The translations under genes and the position numbers were made by a program. A stretch of 64,000 nt of DNA, taken from Candidatus Rokuibacteriota bacterium. GTDB taxonomy: Bacteria; Methylomirabilota; Methylomirabilia; Rokubacteriales; CSP1-6. Shown one piece after another: positions 57,462 through 64,000 of this stretch. Position 1 is the first letter of the stretch. Each line of letters starts with the position of its first letter. The notes beneath the pieces were generated by a model. It was not told the DNA's origin. It ran no database searches and saw only the letters and a list, made by a program, of their open reading frames with translations. The stretch spans positions 5,693 to 69,692 of the forward strand of contig QHSC01000101.1 in the NCBI GenBank assembly GCA_003220345.1. Reading direction: 5' to 3'.

Positions 57462-58232
57462 ATGCTCTGCAAGCGCCTCATTCCGTGCCTCGACGTCCAC
57501 GCGGGCCGCGTGGTCAAGGGCGTGCGCTTCGTGGATCTCCGTGACGCGGGCGATCCCGTGGAGGCCGCGCGCGCCTACGACGCGCAGGGCGCCGACGAGC
57601 TGGTCTTCCTCGACATCACCGCCTCCCACGAGGAGCGGGAGATCATGCTCGATGTGGTCCGCCGGACGGCCGAGGGCATCTACATGCCGCTCACCGTGGG
57701 CGGCGGCGTGCGGAGCATCGAGGACATCCGGACGCTGTTGCGCGCGGGCGCGGACAAGGTCTCCCTCAACACGGCAGCCCTCGAGCGCCCCGAGCTGATC
57801 CGCGAGGCGGCGCAGCGCTTCGGCAGCCAGTGCATCGTGGTGGCAATCGACGCCAAGCGAGAGCCGGGCTCCCCGCCGCGGTGGAGCGTCCACACGCATG
57901 GCGGCCGCCGGTCGACGGGCCGCGACGCGGTCGCCTGGGCGCGCGAGGTCGAGGCGCTCGGAGCCGGGGAGATCCTCCTCACGAGCATGGACCGTGACGG
58001 CACCGGTGACGGCTATGACCTCGAGCTGACGCGCGCGGTGTCCGAGGCGGTCACCGTCCCCGTGATCGCCTCGGGAGGAGCGGGGAATCTCGAGGATCTT
58101 CGGACGGGCGTGATCGAAGGCAAGGCCGACGCCTTGCTCGTCGCCTCCATGTTCCACTTCGGCCGCCACACCATCGGCGAGGCCAAGGCCTATCTCCGCG
58201 ATCAGGGTGTCGCCGTGAGGCTCGAGCCGTGA
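57462..58232 (+). CDS. hisF: imidazole glycerol phosphate synthase, cyclase subunit
   Basis: Motifs [36 protein letters not shown] and TSMDRDGT are present. Confidence 0.94.
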   Translation: MLCKRLIPCLDVHAGRVVKGVRFVDLRDAGDPVEAARAYDAQGADELVFLDITASHEEREIMLDVVRRTAEGIYMPLTVGGGVRSIEDIRTLLRAGADKVSLNTAALERPELIREAAQRFGSQCIVVAIDAKREPGSPPRWSVHTHGGRRSTGRDAVAWAREVEALGAGEILLTSMDRDGTGDGYDLELTRAVSEAVTVPVIASGGAGNLEDLRTGVIEGKADALLVASMFHFGRHTIGEAKAYLRDQGVAVRLEP

Positions 58233-58248
58233 GCCCGGGTTCGTCGCC

Positions 58249-58890
58249 ATGACTACCGAGCTGAAATGGGACGGCCAGGGGCTCATTCCCGCCGTGGCCC
58301 AGGAGACGGAGACGGGCGAGGTGCTCATGGTCGCCTGGATGGACCGCGAGGCCCTCGCCAAGACGCTCACGACGGGGCTGGCCCACTACTGGTCGCGCGA
58401 GCGCCGGGCCCTCTGGCGCAAAGGGGAGACGTCCGGACACACCCAGCACGTCGACGGCGTCTTTGCCGACTGCGATCGCGACACCCTTCTGGTCCAGGTG
58501 CACCAGGACGGCGTCGCCTGCCACACGGGCGCGCGGACCTGCTTCTTCACCCGGCTCGCGGGAAGCGCGTCGCCGTCCCCGGCGGGGGCGGGCCCGGCCC
58601 TCCTCGAGGTGGTGGAGCGCGTGCTCCAGTCGCGCAAGGTAGAGCGTCCGGCCGGCTCCTACACCGCGTCGCTCTTCGAGCGCGGCGAGGCGCAGATCTG
58701 CCGGAAGATCGGCGAGGAGGCGACCGAGGTGGTGACGGCGGCCCTCGGCGGGGAGGGCGACGGGCGCGTCGTTTCGGAGGTGGCCGATCTCTGGTTCCAC
58801 AGCATGGTCCTCCTCGCCTCTCGCGGCATCCCGCTGCGCCGGGTCTTCGAAGAGCTCGCGCGGCGCCACGGCGAGAAGAGCCCGGCATGA
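58249..58890 (+). CDS. hisI: bifunctional phosphoribosyl-AMP cyclohydrolase / phosphoribosyl-ATP pyrophosphatase
   Basis: N-terminal HisI (GLIPAVAQE...WSRER..LW.KGETSG) and C-terminal HisE ([10 protein letters not shown]...KIGEEA.E...E.ADL.FH). Confidence 0.92.
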   Translation: MTTELKWDGQGLIPAVAQETETGEVLMVAWMDREALAKTLTTGLAHYWSRERRALWRKGETSGHTQHVDGVFADCDRDTLLVQVHQDGVACHTGARTCFFTRLAGSASPSPAGAGPALLEVVERVLQSRKVERPAGSYTASLFERGEAQICRKIGEEATEVVTAALGGEGDGRVVSEVADLWFHSMVLLASRGIPLRRVFEELARRHGEKSPA

Positions 58891-59396
58891 GGTCACCCGC
58901 GCTCGGGCCGACGGCCTTTCTCCTTCTCGCCTTCGTGGCCGCGGGCTGCAGCGCGGGGCGGATCGAGAGCGGCGTGTACTATTCGTCCAAGGGCTATCAC
59001 GTGAGCCTGCCGTCCCCGGGCTGGTCGGTGAAGCGCGGAGGCGCCGCCGACCTCGAGCTCCAGCGCGCGACGCCGCCGGGCGGCATGCTCGCCGACGCCA
59101 CCTGCGAGGACACGGCTCTTCGACGCCCGCTCGACGTCCTGACGCGCCACCTGACCTTCGGCCTCAAGGAGCGCGTCGTCGAGGAGAGCGGCCCGCTCAC
59201 TGTGGGCGGGCGCTCGGCTCAGCGCGCGGTGCTCCGGGGCAGCCTGGACGGCACGCCGGTCGAGGTCGAGGCGATCGTGATCAAGGGCGACCAGTGCGTC
59301 TACGATTTCCTCTACGTGGCGTCCCCCGAAGACTTCGCGGCGGGCCGCGAGGAGTTCCGCGCCTTCGTGGAGAGCGTGAACGGGAGCGTCCGATGA
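58887..59396 (+). CDS. hypothetical lipoprotein
   Basis: ATGA overlap with hisIE. Lipobox [10 protein letters not shown] recognise no family. Stop TGA at 59394-59396. Confidence 0.6.
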   Translation: MRSPALGPTAFLLLAFVAAGCSAGRIESGVYYSSKGYHVSLPSPGWSVKRGGAADLELQRATPPGGMLADATCEDTALRRPLDVLTRHLTFGLKERVVEESGPLTVGGRSAQRAVLRGSLDGTPVEVEAIVIKGDQCVYDFLYVASPEDFAAGREEFRAFVESVNGSVR

Positions 59397-59398
59397 GC

Positions 59399-59540
59399 GG
59401 GAGACGATTCCGATGAGCGCTTGCGCGAAGAGGCCCCCAGCTCGCGCCTCCTCCTCCACCGGGAGACGATTCCGATGAGCGCTTGCGCGAAGAGGCCCCC
59501 AGCTCGCGCCTCCTCCTCCACCGGGAGACGATTCCGATGA
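59399..59540 (+). repeat. perfect 62-bp tandem repeat, 2.3 copies, at the lipoprotein/mlaE junction
   Basis: 59399-59460 equals 59461-59522, and 59523-59540 equals the first 18 nt. The unit is GGGAGACGATTCCGATGAGCGCTTGCGCGAAGAGGCCCCCAGCTCGCGCCTCCTCCTCCACC. The last partial copy carries the mlaE ATG (59537). Confidence 0.97.
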
Positions 59541-60316
59541 CCGTGTGGGCGTACGCGCGGCGCCAGGGGCAGGAATCCGTGGCGTGGTACGGCGGGCTCG
59601 GCCTCCTCGCCATCGAGGCCGCGCGCAACGTCAGGCTCCCGCCCTCCTATCTGATCATCGTGGCCCAGCAGATCGACCTGATCGGCGTGCGCTCGCTCGT
59701 CGTCGCCCTCACGGCCGGGCTCTTCACGGGCATGGTCCTGGCCCTCCAGAGCGCCGTGAACATGGCGCGGTTCGGGGCGGAGAACTACGTCGGGCCCATC
59801 GTGGCCCTCTCGATGCTGCGCGAGCTCGGGCCGGTGCTCACGGCCATCCTGGTGGGAGGCAAGGTCGCCTCCGGCATCACGGCGGAGCTGGGCTCCATGA
59901 AGGTGACGGAACAGATCGACGCGCTCCGTGCCCTCGGCGTCAACTACGTCAAGAGGCTGATCGTGCCGCGCCTGCTCGCCGCCCTCGTGGTATTCCCCCT
60001 CGTGACCATCCTGGCCGATGCCGTCGGTCTCTTCGGCGGCATGCTCGTCGTGGTCTTCGACCGCGCGGTGGATGGCTATCTCTACTGGAACACCATCTCC
60101 TACTGGGTGGTGATGCGCGATTTCCTGACGGGCATCGCCAAGAGCGTGGTCTTCGGCGCCCTCGTCACCCTCATCGGCTGCTACAACGGGCTCGGGACGG
60201 AGGGCGGCACCGAAGGGCTGGGCCGCTCCACGACCGACACGGTGGTCCAGGTCGCCATGGCCGTGATCATCTCGGACTTCTTCCTCACCAAGCTCTTCTT
60301 CATCCTCTTCTGGTGA
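59537..60316 (+). CDS. mlaE: MlaE-family ABC transporter permease
   Basis: 259 aa. Motifs LGPVLTAILVGGKVASGITAELGSMKVTEQIDAL are typical of MlaE/TGD1. The upstream ORF part (from 59483) is repeat-derived. Confidence 0.88.
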   Translation: MTVWAYARRQGQESVAWYGGLGLLAIEAARNVRLPPSYLIIVAQQIDLIGVRSLVVALTAGLFTGMVLALQSAVNMARFGAENYVGPIVALSMLRELGPVLTAILVGGKVASGITAELGSMKVTEQIDALRALGVNYVKRLIVPRLLAALVVFPLVTILADAVGLFGGMLVVVFDRAVDGYLYWNTISYWVVMRDFLTGIAKSVVFGALVTLIGCYNGLGTEGGTEGLGRSTTDTVVQVAMAVIISDFFLTKLFFILFW

Positions 60317-61080
60317 TGGATCCCGTGACGCCCGCTCCCGAGATTCCCGTCGAGCTCCGAGAGGTGCGGAAGTCCTTCGGGGACAAGCCGGTGCTCCAGG
60401 GCGTGAGCCTGGCCCTCCGCAAGGGCACCACGCTGGCCGTCATGGGCGGGAGCGGCGCGGGCAAGACCGTGCTCCTGCGCATCACGGACGGGCTGATCCG
60501 GCCCGACGCCGGGCAGGTGACGCTCTTCGGGACCCACATCGAGCGCATGCGCGAAGAAGCGATGCTGCCGCTCCGGAAGCGCGCCGGCTTCGTGTTCCAG
60601 GGCGCCGCCCTCTTCGACTCGCTCTCCGTCTTCGAGAACGTCGCCTTCCCGCTCCGCGAGCACACCAGCATGTCGCTCGGGGAGATCACGGACCGCGTCC
60701 ATCGATCCCTGTCTGTGGTGGGATTGCCTGGGGTCGACGACCTCCTGCCCGCGGAGCTCTCCGGTGGCATGCGCAAGCGGGTCGGCATCGCCCGCGCCCT
60801 CGTGCTGGAGCCCGAGGTCATCTTCTTCGACGAGCCCACGGCCGGGCTCGACCCTACCAACGCCAGGCTGGTGGCCGAGCTGATGGCCTCGCTGCGGGAA
60901 GGGGTCTGCGACACCGCCATCGTGGTCACCCACGACATCGAGTTCGCCAACATGATCGCCGATCAGATGGCCATCCTTCACCAGGGACGCATCGCGGACA
61001 TCGGCACCCCGGCCGAGATGCGCGCCTCGTCCAACCCCGACGTCCGCCGCTTCCTCGCGGGCGAGCTGCGCGAAGAATGA
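60316..61080 (+). CDS. mlaF: MlaF-family ABC transporter ATP-binding protein
   Basis: TGATG overlap. Walker A GGSGAGKT, signature LSGGMRKR and Walker B IFFDEPTAGLDP are present. The stop TGA 61078-61080 lies in the repeat head. Confidence 0.9.
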   Translation: MDPVTPAPEIPVELREVRKSFGDKPVLQGVSLALRKGTTLAVMGGSGAGKTVLLRITDGLIRPDAGQVTLFGTHIERMREEAMLPLRKRAGFVFQGAALFDSLSVFENVAFPLREHTSMSLGEITDRVHRSLSVVGLPGVDDLLPAELSGGMRKRVGIARALVLEPEVIFFDEPTAGLDPTNARLVAELMASLREGVCDTAIVVTHDIEFANMIADQMAILHQGRIADIGTPAEMRASSNPDVRRFLAGELREE

Positions 61081-61307
61081 TGTTCGAGCTGAGGCGCTGC
61101 CGAGGAGCCGCAGGCGACGAGAGCGGCGAGGCGAGGGCTGAGATGATGTTCGAGCTGAGACGCTGCCCGCAGTTCGAGCTAAGCGGCGGCCGCTGGCCGT
61201 CGCGAGGCGAGAGCTGGGTTGATCCCGCAGGCGTGGCCGTTCGAGCTGAAGGGCGAAGCCCTGAGGCGAGGCCCGAGTGGATCAGCGGCGAGGCGAGGGC
61301 TGAATAG
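61077..61307 (+). repeat. intercistronic repeat array, family 1, locus C (about 4 partly degenerate units)
   Basis: GTTCGAGCT heads at 61082, 61148, 61172 and 61239. GAGGCGAGGGCTGA tails end at 61141 and 61303. Degenerate tails are at 61204-61217 and 61263-61272. The array ends 4 nt before the mlaD ATG. Confidence 0.9.
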
Positions 61308-61311
61308 GACC

Positions 61312-62505
61312 ATGCCCGACCATCGGTCCCTCGCGCTTCAGCTCCGCATCGGCGGCTTCGTCCTCGTGTCCCTCGCCGTCTTCCTCGCCATCATCTACCT
61401 GCTGGGCGCCCGCGCCCGCTACTTCGAGAGGAAGTACGAGCTGGTGGCCGAGTTCACGGAGGTCGGGGGCCTCATCGAGGGCGCCACCGTCCGCCTGGCC
61501 GGCGTTCAGATCGGCCGGGTCACCGGCGTGACCCTGTCGCCCAAGGCGGGCACCAAGGTGCGGGTGACCATGACGGTGGCGCGGCGCTTCCACGACCGCA
61601 TCCGCCGCGATTCCGAGGCGCGCATCGCCACCCAGGGCCTGCTCGGCGACAAGATCGTGGAGATCACCAGCGGCTCGCCGGATGCCCCGCCCCTCGCGCC
61701 CGGGGAGACGCTGACCGCACGCGAGACGTTCGAGATGGGCCGTATGTTCGCCGAGGGCGCTGGCACGCTCGCCGCCGTCAACCAGCTCGTGTCGACTGTC
61801 CGTGCCGCCGTCGATCGGCTCGACAAGAGCGGCGCCGTCGACGACCTCGGGGCGGCCGCCAGCTCCGCGCGCCGAATCACCAACGAGGTCGAGAAGGGGC
61901 GGGGATGGCTCCACGTCCTGGTCTACGAGGAGCCGGAAGCTCTCCGGCGGCTCAATGCCATCCTCATCTCGGCAGAAGGCCTCCTGGCTCGGACGGAGAG
62001 CGGGGAGAGCGCCGTCGGGGTCCTCCTATCCAAGGACAGCGCGAAATCCGGCCGAGCGCTCCTGGCCGCGCTCGATGCCCTGGGCCGGGCTGCGGAAAAG
62101 CCGGGGCCGGCGGACGGCTTGCTTCCCGCACTCCTCTTCGACCCCGAGTATCGTCCGGTGGCGCGGGATCTCCAGATCCTGGCGCGGAATTTCCGCGACG
62201 TGTCCGAGAAGCTGGCCCGAGGCGAGGGCGTGCTCGGGGGCCTCATTCAGGGCGGGAACGAGGACAGCATGGGCCAGGCCGGCGTGGACGTGCGGGCCGC
62301 CCTCGCCAATCTCCGCGCGGTGAGCGAGAAGCTCAATGCCGGCGAGGGCACTCTGGGGAAGCTCGTGGTCGACCCGACGCTGTACGAGAGCATGGTCTCG
62401 TTTCTCGAGGGCGCGCAGCGCAGCTTTCTCCTGCGCGCCCTCATACGCTCCACCATCAAGACGGGCGACAGGGCCAAGGAACAAGTGGTGGCGCCAAAAC
62501 CCTGA
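61312..62505 (+). CDS. mlaD: MCE/MlaD-family protein with long C-terminal helical extension
   Basis: N-terminal TM helix (IGGFVLVSLAVFLAIIYLL) and MCE domain (GGLIEGATVRLAGVQIGRVTGV). These are followed by ~250 aa of Ala/Leu/Arg-rich, apparently helical sequence. Confidence 0.85.
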   Translation: MPDHRSLALQLRIGGFVLVSLAVFLAIIYLLGARARYFERKYELVAEFTEVGGLIEGATVRLAGVQIGRVTGVTLSPKAGTKVRVTMTVARRFHDRIRRDSEARIATQGLLGDKIVEITSGSPDAPPLAPGETLTARETFEMGRMFAEGAGTLAAVNQLVSTVRAAVDRLDKSGAVDDLGAAASSARRITNEVEKGRGWLHVLVYEEPEALRRLNAILISAEGLLARTESGESAVGVLLSKDSAKSGRALLAALDALGRAAEKPGPADGLLPALLFDPEYRPVARDLQILARNFRDVSEKLARGEGVLGGLIQGGNEDSMGQAGVDVRAALANLRAVSEKLNAGEGTLGKLVVDPTLYESMVSFLEGAQRSFLLRALIRSTIKTGDRAKEQVVAPKP

Positions 62506-63884
62506 TGCCCAAGATCCGATCGGTCTATCGCTGTCAGACCTGCGGCTTCGCGGCGCCGAAGCCCGGCACCTGCCCGGACTGCGCCCGCACGGGGAGCTTC
62601 GTCGCGCTGATCGAGGAGCGGCCCCTCGCCTCGCGCTCCGAGCGCCCCCAGCTGGCCGCGGGCACCAAGCCCATGCCCATCCGCGACATTGCCGTCGAGG
62701 CGGGCGACCGGATCCTCACGGGGATCGGCGAGCTCGATCGGGTCCTGGGGGGCGGCGTGGTGCCGGGCTCGCTGGTCCTGATCGGAGGCGATCCCGGCAT
62801 CGGCAAGTCCACCCTCCTGCTCCAGGCCTGCCGGGCCCTTGCCGAGCGCCAGGGACCGGTGCTCTATGTGTCGGGCGAGGAGTCGGCGGCCCAGGTCAAG
62901 CTGCGCGCGAATCGGCTCGGCATCGCTCCGAAGGCGCTCTACTTCCTCGCGGAGACGGATCTCCAGGTCATCGAGGCGCACGCGGCCGAGCTCCGGCCGC
63001 GCGCGCTCATCGTGGACTCGATCCAGACCGTCTTCCTGCCCGGGCTCGAGTCGTCGCCGGGAAGCGTCAGCCAGGTGCGCGAGTGCGCCGCGCGGCTCAT
63101 GCTTCTGGCCAAGGGGCGCGGCATGGCGGCCTTCCTCGTCGGCCACGTCACCAAGGACGGAGCCATCGCGGGCCCGCGCGTCCTCGAGCACCTCGTTGAC
63201 ACCGTGCTCTACTTCGAAGGCGAGCAGCACCACGCCTATCGGATCCTGCGGGCCGTCAAGAATCGCTTCGGGTCGACCAATGAGATCGGCGTGTTCGAGA
63301 TGGGCGAGCTCGGGCTCACCGAGGTGTCGAACCCGTCCGGCTTCTTCCTCGCCGAGCGCCCGCGCGGCGCCGCGGGCTCCGTCATCGTCTCGAGCCTCGA
63401 GGGCACCCGACCCCTCTTGCTCGAGATGCAGGCCCTCGTCACCCCGGCCAGCTTCGGGACGCCGCGCCGCACGGTGCTGGGGGCCGATTACAATCGCGTC
63501 TGTCTGCTCCTGGCCGTGCTCGAGAAGCGGCTGGGGTTCCCGCTCCAGAGCCAGGACGTGTTCGTCAACGTGGCGGGAGGCGCGCGCGTGACCGAGCCCG
63601 CCTCCGACCTCGGCATCGCCATCGCGGCGGCCTCGAGCTACCTCGATCGGCCCGTGCGAGGCGACGTGGTGATCATGGGTGAGGTCGGGCTGACCGGCGA
63701 GGTGCGCGCGGTGGCGGGCTTCACGGCGCGGCTCAAGGAGGCGGCCGCCCTCGGGTTCGCGGCCGCCGTGGTGCCCCAGAACAATCTCGGGGGCAAGAAT
63801 CTGGCGGGGGAAGCCGTGCATCCCCTTAACGTTCAGGGAGTGGGCTCGGTAGACGAGGCGGTCAAGACACTGCTCGGGCAGTGA
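62505..63884 (+). CDS. radA: DNA repair protein RadA/Sms
   Basis: TGATG overlap. Zn finger YRCQTCG....CPDC, Walker A GGDPGIGKST, KNRFG and a Lon-like C-terminus are present. 459 aa. Confidence 0.95.
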   Translation: MPKIRSVYRCQTCGFAAPKPGTCPDCARTGSFVALIEERPLASRSERPQLAAGTKPMPIRDIAVEAGDRILTGIGELDRVLGGGVVPGSLVLIGGDPGIGKSTLLLQACRALAERQGPVLYVSGEESAAQVKLRANRLGIAPKALYFLAETDLQVIEAHAAELRPRALIVDSIQTVFLPGLESSPGSVSQVRECAARLMLLAKGRGMAAFLVGHVTKDGAIAGPRVLEHLVDTVLYFEGEQHHAYRILRAVKNRFGSTNEIGVFEMGELGLTEVSNPSGFFLAERPRGAAGSVIVSSLEGTRPLLLEMQALVTPASFGTPRRTVLGADYNRVCLLLAVLEKRLGFPLQSQDVFVNVAGGARVTEPASDLGIAIAAASSYLDRPVRGDVVIMGEVGLTGEVRAVAGFTARLKEAAALGFAAAVVPQNNLGGKNLAGEAVHPLNVQGVGSVDEAVKTLLGQ

Positions 63885-63894
63885 GAGGCGATCA

Positions 63895-64000
63895 TGGCCA
63901 TCATCATCGTGCGCATAGTCATGCTGGGAGCGGCGACGGCAGCCGGAATGGCCTTCGGCCCCGCCCTCGGCATCCCCGCGACCAACTGGTGGCTGGCCGG
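63895..64000 (+). CDS. membrane protein, N-terminal fragment (possibly PIN/TRAM YacL-like, as often follows radA); 3' end lies outside the window
   Basis: ATG 63895 opens a hydrophobic N-terminus, MAIIIVRIVMLGAATAAGMAFG. The identity is only a positional guess. Confidence 0.35.

Noticed and set aside
59312-59521. Minus-strand ORFs beginning MEEEARAGGLFAQALIGIVSR (58893..59459 and 59312..59521).
   Set aside because: The identical N-termini are simply the two copies of the 62-bp repeat read on the opposite strand. The rest of each ORF is antisense to the lipoprotein gene, and there is no independent coding evidence.

Overview
GC-rich bacterial chromosomal segment, roughly two-thirds G+C by eye (not computed). 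I cannot place the taxon; the gene content suggests an uncultivated soil or subsurface lineage, which is a guess. I call about 62 protein genes, and all but three (mtgA, a gamma-CA-like gene, an M23 peptidase) are on the + strand. Many are linked by 1-4 nt stop/start overlaps (ATGA, GTGA, TGATG). Left to right: fatty-acid/CoA metabolism genes and orphan transporters (1-10.3 kb); mtgA and a gamma-CA-like gene on the minus strand; a type III PKS / methyltransferase / flavin oxidoreductase operon (11.7-14.8 kb); IclR plus TRAP dctQM; an accessory-looking module of CHASE2 class III cyclase, FecR/DUF928-like/TPR protein and a secreted Ig-repeat caspase (17.5-22.7 kb) facing an M23 peptidase; nuoL-nuoM and a damaged nuoN; a glycerol-phosphate cluster (HAD, glpD, ugpBAE, ugpQ, glpK); an Fbp-like ABC importer; atpZ-atpI-atpB-atpE; rex; mfd; a SurA-like PPIase; rho; rpmE; prfA-prmC-murA; hisG-D-B-H-A-F-IE; a lipoprotein plus Mla-like mlaE-mlaF-mlaD; radA. 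No rRNA, tRNA, CRISPR array, transposase or phage gene was seen by eye. The most unusual signals are non-coding. (1) A strand-specific ~59-nt repeat family in tandem copies (65-nt period at two loci) fills three intercistronic gaps (ugpE/ugpQ, hisG/hisD, mlaF/mlaD). Each array starts on the upstream stop codon (ATGATGTTCGAGC...) and ends just before the next start. (2) A perfect 62-bp tandem repeat is inserted at the lipoprotein/mlaE stop-start junction. (3) An 18-bp perfect inverted repeat lies in a convergent gap. On the protein side, the CHASE2-cyclase / FecR-DUF928-like / periplasmic caspase trio is the best candidate for an uncharacterised signalling system, and nuoN carries a frameshift plus apparent internal deletions. 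All domain calls rest on motif recognition in the supplied translations; no database search was run.
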